From IMG/VR virus record IMGVR_UViG_3300006802_000129, positions 1-52,324 of that record: a stretch of 52,324 nucleotides of DNA; one strand, given 5' to 3'. The DNA comes from a virus (Duplodnaviria; Caudoviricetes). Positions 26,497-34,579 of this stretch are shown here, in pieces; within the stretch, counting starts at the first letter, position 1, and the number at the start of each line of letters is the position of its first letter. The translations under genes were made by a program, and so were the position numbers. The notes beneath the pieces were generated by a model. The model made no database searches. It saw nothing but the letters and a program-made list of their open reading frames with translations, and was not told the origin of the DNA.

Positions 26497-27799
26497 CTTT
26501 GTTAAACGATTACACCACTACAATGAGAGTGAACACTCATACTTGTCCGCTAGTAAGATGGAGATCTGGGGTAACTGCCCTGGAGCAGTGGAGCTAGCGG
26601 AACGTATCGTGTTACCCAACCAGCCCAGCAGCTACGCCATCGAAGGGACGATGGCCCACAAACTAGCAGAGCAGACTCTTCGAGGGGACATCGAGATACC
26701 GGAAGACGGACTCGAAAAGCTAACGCAAGGTGATCCGGTTGCCAACGACTTCCTGCCATCTGTGGAATACTACGTAGATTATGTGATGGAGAGAGTACGG
26801 GAGCTACGGGCCGAGTATCGTAGAAAGAAAGTCAAGGACGAACCTAAAGTAGCAGTAGAGCAGCGAGTTGGCCTTAACCCTCTGCTAGATCGTGACCCTT
26901 CTGGTCATACCTTGATCAACATGGTCAGCATGTACGGAACCGTGGACTGTGTGATCCGTGCAGACAAGGGAACATGGGGGTTGCCGCTTGATATAATCGA
27001 CTACAAACACGGGGCTGGAGTACCAGTAGAGATCTGTGATGACTCAGGCTTCGGCCCGAACCCACAACTTATGTACTATTTACTAGGAGTACTCGCTGAT
27101 GATTTTAGAATTCCTGCCGACTACGGCTTCACCGAGGCATACCTCAAGAAAAGGTATAGCCGCTACACTATTCACATTGTTCAACCACGTGTACCGGGGA
27201 AAGGAGGTAGCTATGAAGTAACAGTAGATCAAATACTACAGTTCTATCAGGAGCTAGTTGACAAGAGCGCAAGAGCGTTGAATCAACACTTAGCCCAAGA
27301 CATCGATGAACTCAGCCTTAACACAGGAGAATGGTGTCGTTGGTGTCGGGTAAAAGACTATTGTCCTAAGTTTTTAATGACGCAAATACAAGAGAGCATG
27401 GAGGACTTTATGCAGTTCGATATGATGGAGACTGGAAAGATCGGTAAGAACGTCGATGATCTTGACAATGGTCAGCTTTCTGATATACTGACAAAAGCTG
27501 AAAGAGTGGAGCGAATGATTCGCTTAGTGCGGAATCATGCAGAAGCTAAACTATATGCCGGAGATAACATCCCTGGCTTTGGACTAGTAGACAAACGAGC
27601 TACAAAGAAATGGTCAGACGAGAAGCTAGTACTTGGGATTATGAAGCGTCTCAACATCGACCCGTTCAAGTTCCTCAACCTGCCTTCTCCGAGTGCTTTA
27701 CTGAAAGTACTACCGAAGACAGTAAGTACGGAACTGAATGACTTAGTAGTCAAAGAGTCTAGTGGTAAACGCTTAGGCAAACTTCGAGAGGAAGGATGA
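26468..27799 (+). CDS. Cas4-like PD-(D/E)xK exonuclease (DUF2800 type)
   Basis: HSYLSAS...W.NCPG, EGT.AH.LAE, GTVD, IIDYKHG.G.PV, NPQL..Y, CRWC.....C. Confidence 0.88.
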   Translation: MKLAQTTTDDFVKRLHHYNESEHSYLSASKMEIWGNCPGAVELAERIVLPNQPSSYAIEGTMAHKLAEQTLRGDIEIPEDGLEKLTQGDPVANDFLPSVEYYVDYVMERVRELRAEYRRKKVKDEPKVAVEQRVGLNPLLDRDPSGHTLINMVSMYGTVDCVIRADKGTWGLPLDIIDYKHGAGVPVEICDDSGFGPNPQLMYYLLGVLADDFRIPADYGFTEAYLKKRYSRYTIHIVQPRVPGKGGSYEVTVDQILQFYQELVDKSARALNQHLAQDIDELSLNTGEWCRWCRVKDYCPKFLMTQIQESMEDFMQFDMMETGKIGKNVDDLDNGQLSDILTKAERVERMIRLVRNHAEAKLYAGDNIPGFGLVDKRATKKWSDEKLVLGIMKRLNIDPFKFLNLPSPSALLKVLPKTVSTELNDLVVKESSGKRLGKLREEG

Positions 27800-28155
27800 C
27801 CAAGAAAGAAGTATCGATCAAACTCAACGTAACGAGTGAGACAGTCAGAAACTGGATACGTGATGGCGTGCTAGTTCCTGACGAGAAGGGAGAGTTCAAG
27901 GCCGAGGACGTTATGGCTTTGGATACCTCCAAGTACGAAGATAGTTTCCGATGGTGTACAGTCCAGCAAGCAGCACACTTACTGGGACTCACCCGTGCAA
28001 CTATCTTTACCTACTGTTCTAGCGGCACTCTGGTTAAAGAGAGTATGCGAGGACGTAGTTTCATTTCCCTTGCCAGTATCCGTGACCATCTGATGATGGA
28101 GAGCAAGCAGATCACTGGTAAACTTAATAATGTTGTCGCCTTAATGGAGCAATGA
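27796..28155 (+). CDS. Tandem MerR/excisionase-type HTH protein
   Basis: TKKEVSIKLNVTSETVRNWIRDG and TVQQAAHLLGLTRATIFTYCSSG. Confidence 0.8.
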   Translation: MTKKEVSIKLNVTSETVRNWIRDGVLVPDEKGEFKAEDVMALDTSKYEDSFRWCTVQQAAHLLGLTRATIFTYCSSGTLVKESMRGRSFISLASIRDHLMMESKQITGKLNNVVALMEQ

Positions 28156-28156
28156 T

Positions 28157-28777
28157 ATGTCAGACTTTATCAAAACCCGTGAAAAACTAACTACTCCCCG
28201 TGGCTTTACCTACTGGGTGACCATCACTGATCCACTTCCGTACAATGAGAAGTTCAAGAAGCAGGAGGATCAGTACAACCTGCAATTTATGATTGAAGAT
28301 GGGCAGGATCTCAGCAAGCTACAGGAAGCGATTCTTCGTGTAGCCAAGGCGAGTTGGCCCAAAGGCGTGAAGGACGCTCGCCAGCATAGCGAGACGAAAG
28401 GCCAGACCTTTACCGTAGCGCAAGCGTTCAAGAAGCGCATCCTCCACAACCCCTTGTTTACTGATATCTCAGAGACAAGCTACCCCGAAGGGTCTGTGTA
28501 CTTACGAGCCAAGTCCTACCGCAAGCCGGTCTGTGTAGATCACAACCGTAACAAGATAGACAATAGCTCTATCGGTATCGGAGACGAGTGTATCCTCAGT
28601 CTCTCCATCTATAGCTGGGAATTCTCTGGAAACGTAGGGATCAGCTTTGGTCTGGAGGGTATCCAGAAAGTCGGGCAAGGTCGTGGCATTGAGTACGATC
28701 CGACCAAGGATTTTGAGAATCAGGTAGTAACCGAGGTTACTCCTGCAGAGCAAGGCGAAGAGTACATGGTTGCCTAA
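28157..28777 (+). CDS. Single-stranded DNA-binding protein (DUF2815 / T7 gp2.5-like)
   Basis: LTTPRG, YLRAKS..KP..VD, GN.GISFGL.GIQK, acidic tail. Confidence 0.82.
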   Translation: MSDFIKTREKLTTPRGFTYWVTITDPLPYNEKFKKQEDQYNLQFMIEDGQDLSKLQEAILRVAKASWPKGVKDARQHSETKGQTFTVAQAFKKRILHNPLFTDISETSYPEGSVYLRAKSYRKPVCVDHNRNKIDNSSIGIGDECILSLSIYSWEFSGNVGISFGLEGIQKVGQGRGIEYDPTKDFENQVVTEVTPAEQGEEYMVA

Positions 28778-28786
28778 CTACTAACT

Positions 28787-28919
28787 AGTACGACTCTCAC
28801 TACAATAGGGCTATTTGGTGTAGGCCAGCATCCATTACTCTATTGCGGGGCTGAACCACAGGCTAGCTATGCTTCACGAGTTTGTAGCGTTTGTACCCTG
28901 CATGTAGTGAGAGTCTACT
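28787..28919 (+). ncRNA. Candidate structured RNA C (13-17-bp closing stem)
   Basis: gactctcactaca (28792-28804) pairs with tgtagtgagagtc (28903-28915), extended by agta/tact and aggg/ccct; inner hairpins. Confidence 0.55.
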
Positions 28920-28933
28920 TTCTTTAGGAACAT

Positions 28934-29506
28934 ATGATCTCTTTCGACTTAGAGACTAGAGGTGTTGTTGACCTACGGAAATGTGGATCGTATCGCTATG
29001 CTATCGACAGTCTGACTGATGTCTGGTGTCTCTGCTATCACGACAGTGAGACCGATGAGTACCATACGTGGCTGCCTAACGATGACGTACCTCCCTGCTT
29101 TCTAAAATCAGACAATACCTACTGCGCTTGGAACGCACAGTTTGAGCGCAACATTCACCAGCACATCCTCCAACCTCGCTACGGTTTCCCTGCTATCGAG
29201 ATCGAGCAATGGCACGATACGGCTGCTTGGGCTAGGCAACTCGGACTACCAGGAGCACTAGGCAAAGCAGGTCAGGCGCTAGGTCTACCTCTCGATCAGC
29301 AGAAGGACAAGGAAGGTAGCAAGGTAATGATGCGGATGGCTAGGCCACGCAAGTGGTCTGACCGTGGCGTACCGATTTGGTGGGATGAGCAAGAGAAGCT
29401 AGATGTCCTCATAGACTACTGCCTCCAAGACGTAAAGACAGAGAAGAGTATTCGCAATCTCTTAATCGAAATCGCTAAGTACTCTGACATAACACTACTT
29501 ACCTAG
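28934..29506 (+). CDS. DNA polymerase A, 3'-5' exonuclease part
   Basis: ExoI SFDLET, ExoII AWNAQFER, ExoIII YCLQDV. Confidence 0.9.
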   Translation: MISFDLETRGVVDLRKCGSYRYAIDSLTDVWCLCYHDSETDEYHTWLPNDDVPPCFLKSDNTYCAWNAQFERNIHQHILQPRYGFPAIEIEQWHDTAAWARQLGLPGALGKAGQALGLPLDQQKDKEGSKVMMRMARPRKWSDRGVPIWWDEQEKLDVLIDYCLQDVKTEKSIRNLLIEIAKYSDITLLT

Positions 29507-29513
29507 GTATCCC

Positions 29514-31001
29514 ATGCAGGAAATTGAAGTGTTTCACTTCAACGAACTGCTCAACGACAGGGGTGTAGGGGTAGACCTCAAAAGTATAGACAAGCTAGTA
29601 TCCGTATGCGACGAAATCCGTAATGACTACGAGGATAAAGTCCGTGCGCTTACTGGTGGTATGGTGGATTCTGCGAAAGCAGTAAGCCAAGCTATGAAGT
29701 GGATCGCTAAGCAAGGCAAGCCTGTACCGGACTTGACTGCAAGGACGATTGACCAACTCTTGTCTCCTGAGATTGCCGCTACCTTTCCCCCTCAAGTTGT
29801 GCAGTTCTTGGAGTATCGGAAGATTGTTTCTAGGTCTTCCATTGCTAAGTTCAATGCCTTCCAAGAAACCGTCAGCCCTGACGGTAAGATCCACGGCATG
29901 ATGTTCTACCACGGAGCACATACCGGACGCTGGACTAGTAAGCTCGTGCAGCTACAGAACTTCCCTCGTGGTAAAGCCAAGCTAGACGATACAGAGGTAG
30001 AGCTAATCCTCACCAGCCTACACAACAACGACCCTAGAGAGTTTATCGAATGGTTGGAATACAAGTGTGAGCAGGAGAAGGGCTGGATCTCTCCGATTGA
30101 AGTCATCTCTACCCTGCTTCGTTCGATGATCGTTCCTGATGAAGGCAGGGTCATGTTGATCTATGACTACGCCAGCATCGAGTCTCGTGTACTAGCTTGG
30201 CTAGCAGACTGTAAGGAACTCCTCGATGCGTTCAAGAAGACCGATAGCGGTGAGGTTAGCTGGGATGTCTACATGCTGATGGCATCCAAGATCTACAAGG
30301 ACGATGTGGAATCCTATACCAAGAGCGATCCGAAGCGGCAGCACGGTAAGGCTGTTGTTCTAGGGTGTGGCTATGGGATGGGGCCAGCAAAGTTCCACGA
30401 GACTTGTGCTAGTCAAGGACTCACGCTTACCGAAGAGGAGGCTAACAACATGGTCTATAGCTTCCGTGACTCTTTTTCTGAGATTCCGCAGCTTTGGTAT
30501 CGGATAGATTCCGTGATGAAAGAGGTAGCCAAGAAGGTGGATAGCTCCCCGATAAAAGCTACCGATAACATCTCCTTCTACCGAACCAATAGCTTTGTGT
30601 TTTGCCGACTCCCTAACGGCAGAGATCTAGCTTACCCCATGATGGAAGTTAAGAATGAACTTAACCCCTATCTAGGTAAGACCGTTGAAGCGCTCTCCTA
30701 CATGGGATCGGATGTCCAACATCCTTGGTGTCGTAAAAAAATCTACGGTGCTAAGGCAGTAGAGAATATCGTTCAAGCAGTTGCTAGAGACCTGATGGTT
30801 GATGCAATGCTCAAGCTAGAGAAGGCAGGATTCGAGGTACTCTTCAGTGTCCACGATGAGATCGTCTGCCAGATCGACCAAGAGGACTATAGCTCCGAAC
30901 GTGTCGCTCAGTTTGAAGAGATTATGACTACTGTACCTGAGTGGGCTACCGGACTACCAATTCAAGTAGAAGGAACGGCAAGTGCTAGATATAGGAAGTA
31001 A
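29514..31001 (+). CDS. DNA polymerase A, polymerase part
   Basis: NDRG, TGRW...QLQNFPR, motif A DYASIESRV, motif B RQHGK.VVLGCGYGMG, motif C VHDEIV. Confidence 0.93.
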   Translation: MQEIEVFHFNELLNDRGVGVDLKSIDKLVSVCDEIRNDYEDKVRALTGGMVDSAKAVSQAMKWIAKQGKPVPDLTARTIDQLLSPEIAATFPPQVVQFLEYRKIVSRSSIAKFNAFQETVSPDGKIHGMMFYHGAHTGRWTSKLVQLQNFPRGKAKLDDTEVELILTSLHNNDPREFIEWLEYKCEQEKGWISPIEVISTLLRSMIVPDEGRVMLIYDYASIESRVLAWLADCKELLDAFKKTDSGEVSWDVYMLMASKIYKDDVESYTKSDPKRQHGKAVVLGCGYGMGPAKFHETCASQGLTLTEEEANNMVYSFRDSFSEIPQLWYRIDSVMKEVAKKVDSSPIKATDNISFYRTNSFVFCRLPNGRDLAYPMMEVKNELNPYLGKTVEALSYMGSDVQHPWCRKKIYGAKAVENIVQAVARDLMVDAMLKLEKAGFEVLFSVHDEIVCQIDQEDYSSERVAQFEEIMTTVPEWATGLPIQVEGTASARYRK

Positions 31002-31003
31002 CT

Positions 31004-33481
31004 ATGCAAGCGGAAAAACTATTTCAGAACGGGTGGGCCGAGATCATCCCAATGGCTCCCCCTACTGCAACTGCTACGTGGGATGTGAAACCTGGCAAGC
31101 TAGGAAAGATACCTAGTGCACCTAATGGAGATGGGACATGGCATCTGATCCGAGGCCTAGACTACAAAGCAACGCTTCAAGATGCGAGAGAATGGGACAG
31201 ACTTGGCGCTAACTTAGCACTTAGAACCAAGCACTATCCCGTCATCGACATAGACATCCTAGACGGTGAGCTAGCTGACCTCATACATAAGTATGTAATC
31301 AGTTTCCTTGGTGAAGCCCCATGTAGGTGGGGCAAGCGGCCCAAGTTAGGTTTAGTATATCGAACCACTAATCCTTTTGCAACGAAAGTCATTAGCTTTC
31401 GCTATAAAGATCAAATACATCACGTTGAGATCCTAGCAGATAAGAAGAACTTCAATATCGCAGGTGTACATCCCGAAGGATACACGTACGAATGGAGTAC
31501 TCCCCTTACTGTACCGGAAGAACTAACGGAAGTTACTGAAGCGGATGTAGCAGAATTAGTGGTAAGTCTGGAGGAGAAGCTAGCACAGTACGAAGGGGTC
31601 GAACTCCTTAGCACTATGCTAGAGAAAATCCCTCAAGGTGGTGATCTGTCTGCACCAAGTGAAGCGGCAATCGTCAAGGCGTTGGCTCACATACCGAATA
31701 CCTCACAGCTATTCCCTACTCGCAACCACCTAGTAGGGATGGCATGGAAGATCGCAGGGGCATTCGGTGCTAAAGAGCCAATGGATTATGAAATGCACGA
31801 AAACCCTGAGAAGTTTGAGCGTGCCAAGGATCTATTCACCGAGTTTGCTGGACGCTATGAGGATGGCTACAACTCACCGGAAGATATCGAGCACATCTGG
31901 AATTCTCTAGGTGCACCGACAACAGGCTGGGCTAGCTTAGAATTCTACGCAAAGCTCAACCCTGACTATATGTACGATGAGGTAGTGCAAGACTTTGAGG
32001 TAGTCGAGGTTGAGCCGAAGCCCCCTGTGCTATTCAAGGAATCTGAGAATGCTGCAATCTACACAACCTCTGGGTTATCTGAGCAGTTCATCCGAGACTT
32101 CCGAGGCCTAGTACGGGTACTCAATGCTACAAAAGGTATTGATAGACGCTACCTGATTCGTAAGTCTACTGAAGATAGCATGTGGGTACTCGATGAGAAG
32201 AACGAGATGCGGGATGCTATCCGTAACTACTGTGTTGCTCAGAGAGACGCAATCTTTCGGGCTATCCCTGACCCTGAGAAAGCAGCCTCTACTTTTCAGA
32301 AAGTCTGTGGTCACAAGTTCCAAGAGGATTTCCTCAAGCAGCTTACCTCCTATGCACGGATCAATGTACTACCCAAGGAGTGCAACACTGACCCTGACGT
32401 ACTGAATACTCCTGCTGGATTAATCAGCCTCAAGACAGGTAGACCTGTAGCAGCCAGAGATTCACCTACCTACCACACCAAGGCCACTAGCGTAGCGCCT
32501 GACCCACGGTGTCCCATCCCCCTGTTTCAAGAGTTCCTAGAGTTCGTCACCAACAAAGACAGGGCCATGCAGGACTACCTACAGAAGTTTATTGGCTACT
32601 CGGCAACAGGTAGAACCAATGAGCAGCTATTCCTAATGGCCTACGGTGACGGTAGTACGGGTAAGGGGATGTTTGTTCGGATCATGGAGGCTATCTTTCA
32701 TAGCTACCTGACGACCATCCCCTCCAATACTTTCTTAATGCGTAGAGGAGAACCCCACCCTACAGAACTCACCGAGTTTCAAGGCTATCGCCTAGCGGTA
32801 GTACAAGAGTTTCCAGACGATGCTGTCTGGAATGAGGCTATCCTCAAAACTCTAACAGGTAGCGATACCATCAAAGCAAGGAGGATGCACCAAGACTTCT
32901 ATCATTATGCTCCCACCCATACCGTGTTCATGGTTAGTAATCGCAAACCCTCTATCCGTACCCTCGACTTTGCAATGAAGCGGAGGATACGCCTGATTCC
33001 TTTCAAAGTTAAAGCACCACCTGAGCTAATAGCTAAAGACATTGAGAAGCAAATAAAGACGCAGGAGTTACCAGGAATCCTAGCATGGGTTATTGATGGG
33101 GCTATGCGTTGGTACAAAGAAGGGCTAGGTACTCCACCCAAGGCAGTACTAGATGAGACGGAAGCGTACTTTGAGGCTGCTGATGACTTAGCTATATGGC
33201 TCAACGACAATACGATTGCCGATCCAGAAGGCTTTGCTCCAATCTCAGCGATGCACAAGCGATGGGTAGGCTATCAAAAAGAAGCTGGTGTTGCTGCTAC
33301 CGATAGCGTCCGAATCTTTGGAGATAAACTAGAGTCTAGAGGTTTCCCTAGGAAACATACTAAGAAAGCTAGAGGACACGTAGGCCTACGTTTACGTGAT
33401 CCAACCTCTGAAGATTCGGTGTTATGCCCCCACTGCTTAGGGATTGGTCACATACCTATAGACAAAGGAGATAAGATATGA
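31004..33481 (+). CDS. Prim-Pol primase fused to D5/P4-type SF3 helicase
   Basis: GK.P, N.ALRT....IDID (AEP), LNTPAGLI.LKTG (D5_N), Walker A GDGSTGKG, LKTLTG.DTIKAR, AMKRR. Confidence 0.9.
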   Translation: MQAEKLFQNGWAEIIPMAPPTATATWDVKPGKLGKIPSAPNGDGTWHLIRGLDYKATLQDAREWDRLGANLALRTKHYPVIDIDILDGELADLIHKYVISFLGEAPCRWGKRPKLGLVYRTTNPFATKVISFRYKDQIHHVEILADKKNFNIAGVHPEGYTYEWSTPLTVPEELTEVTEADVAELVVSLEEKLAQYEGVELLSTMLEKIPQGGDLSAPSEAAIVKALAHIPNTSQLFPTRNHLVGMAWKIAGAFGAKEPMDYEMHENPEKFERAKDLFTEFAGRYEDGYNSPEDIEHIWNSLGAPTTGWASLEFYAKLNPDYMYDEVVQDFEVVEVEPKPPVLFKESENAAIYTTSGLSEQFIRDFRGLVRVLNATKGIDRRYLIRKSTEDSMWVLDEKNEMRDAIRNYCVAQRDAIFRAIPDPEKAASTFQKVCGHKFQEDFLKQLTSYARINVLPKECNTDPDVLNTPAGLISLKTGRPVAARDSPTYHTKATSVAPDPRCPIPLFQEFLEFVTNKDRAMQDYLQKFIGYSATGRTNEQLFLMAYGDGSTGKGMFVRIMEAIFHSYLTTIPSNTFLMRRGEPHPTELTEFQGYRLAVVQEFPDDAVWNEAILKTLTGSDTIKARRMHQDFYHYAPTHTVFMVSNRKPSIRTLDFAMKRRIRLIPFKVKAPPELIAKDIEKQIKTQELPGILAWVIDGAMRWYKEGLGTPPKAVLDETEAYFEAADDLAIWLNDNTIADPEGFAPISAMHKRWVGYQKEAGVAATDSVRIFGDKLESRGFPRKHTKKARGHVGLRLRDPTSEDSVLCPHCLGIGHIPIDKGDKI

Positions 33482-33759
33482 GTCAAAAGTATGATTGGAC
33501 GGAAGAGTTTCGTAAAAGTTGCATAGAGACAGGGAAACGGGTACGAGAGAATAGTGTCAAGAACACGAAAGAGAAGTCTACGATAGATGGTGAGAGCCTG
33601 TTTCTAGAAGAGATTAAAAAGTACCTAGCTGATGGTGGAACGATTAAAGTACACCCTACTCTAAGTTCTATCCCTAGTTACGATCTGCATAAAGATGATT
33701 CAGAATACTCAGCCCGACCAGAAAGAGGTTACGTATTTAATTCTGCTATGCAATACTAA
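33478..33759 (+). CDS. Small protein with SutA-like RNA polymerase-binding motif
   Basis: LEEIKKYLADGGTIKV matches the [FY]LxxGGxI core of SutA-type helices. Confidence 0.5.
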   Translation: MSQKYDWTEEFRKSCIETGKRVRENSVKNTKEKSTIDGESLFLEEIKKYLADGGTIKVHPTLSSIPSYDLHKDDSEYSARPERGYVFNSAMQY

Positions 33760-33766
33760 AATAAAT

Positions 33767-33889
33767 GGAGGGCAATTCGGTACTGAGGGACTTTAAGTTT
33801 TTCCCCCTTAGTTGCGTCTGGCAGAGATGCGGTATACCGTTATGCAATATGGATTACTTTTCATACGCTATCGATCCTACGCACCCTCC
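33767..33889 (+). ncRNA. Candidate structured RNA D
   Basis: ggaggg (33767-33772) pairs with ccctcc (33884-33889); inner hairpins actgaggga/tccccttagt, gcgtct/agatgc, cgg/ccg, tatgga/ttcata. Confidence 0.45.
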
Positions 33890-33917
33890 TTCTCTCACTA
33901 CTCTCATTAGGAGCACC

Positions 33918-34130
33918 ATGTCTTTTGAAGATCCGTGGGGAACTTATTTCCAAGCTGATGAGCAGATAGACTACATTCAAGCAGCCCTAGCACGTAACGC
34001 CTACGGTTCATCTTACGTGTACCGAGAGAAAATAAAAGAGCTGCAATCACTTAAAAACGTTAGGTATCAGTGTGCTATGCTAATCGGAATACCGATATCT
34101 GAGAATGCGGAGCATGAACGTTATGGGTAA
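33918..34130 (+). CDS. Hypothetical protein
   Basis: Start moved to MSFEDPW (ATG 33918) after AGGAG. Confidence 0.6.
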   Translation: MSFEDPWGTYFQADEQIDYIQAALARNAYGSSYVYREKIKELQSLKNVRYQCAMLIGIPISENAEHERYG

Positions 34131-34389
34131 CTGGAGATCTGGTAGATACGGTTGGAGGGCAGAAGATCTTTCTGGTCAACGGTTTGGATCTTGGCTAGTA
34201 AAAAGCCGATCAAACAATAACCGATGGGATCAGATAATGTGGAACTGCATCTGCGACTGTGGATGGGAAGCTAAAGTCGCCGGAAAGAGTTTACGAGGAG
34301 GCGGGTCTACTAACTGCGGTTGTATTGCTCGTGAGAAACTTAGTAAACGAATGAAGCAAGAGTGGGCGAACAAAAAGCGGGCTGGTTAG
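34105..34389 (+). CDS. Stand-alone Cys-rich domain of the type at the N-terminus of phage HNH/AP2 proteins
   Basis: DLSGQRFGSWLV...WNCICDCG......L..G.STNCGC; exact start uncertain. Confidence 0.75.
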   Translation: MRSMNVMGNWRSGRYGWRAEDLSGQRFGSWLVKSRSNNNRWDQIMWNCICDCGWEAKVAGKSLRGGGSTNCGCIAREKLSKRMKQEWANKKRAG

Positions 34390-34417
34390 GATTCGGTTGT
34401 GATTCAAAGCAAAGTAT

Positions 34418-34446
34418 ACCTAGTAGACGAGGCTTGTCTGCTAGGT
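34418..34446. terminator. Hairpin at the convergence of the two transcription arms
   Basis: acctagtagac-gaggctt-gtctgctaggt. Confidence 0.55.
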
Positions 34447-34449
34447 TGA

Positions 34450-34500
34450 TGGCGCGCCCACCAGGACTTGAACCTGGAACCTACTGATTAGAAGTCAGTC
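34450..34500 (-). mobile_element. 3' half of tRNA-Arg(TCT), probable attP core
   Basis: Minus strand gACTGA-cttctaa-TCAGT aggtt CCAGG-ttcaagt-CCTGG tgggcgcg CCA: anticodon arm, T arm, acceptor 3' strand and CCA present; no 5' acceptor strand or D arm. Confidence 0.82.
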
Positions 34501-34579
34501 TTCTAGCATCTGTTTGAGCAATGAGATCAGTGAGTTAGGATTTCTGGTTGAGTTATGGTTCTGTTATTACGAAAAGGTA

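Noticed and set aside
34450-34500. Functional tRNA gene or amber suppressor (CTA lies in the loop)
   Set aside because: The 7-nt loop CTTCTAA places TCT at the anticodon, and the 5' acceptor strand and D arm are absent.
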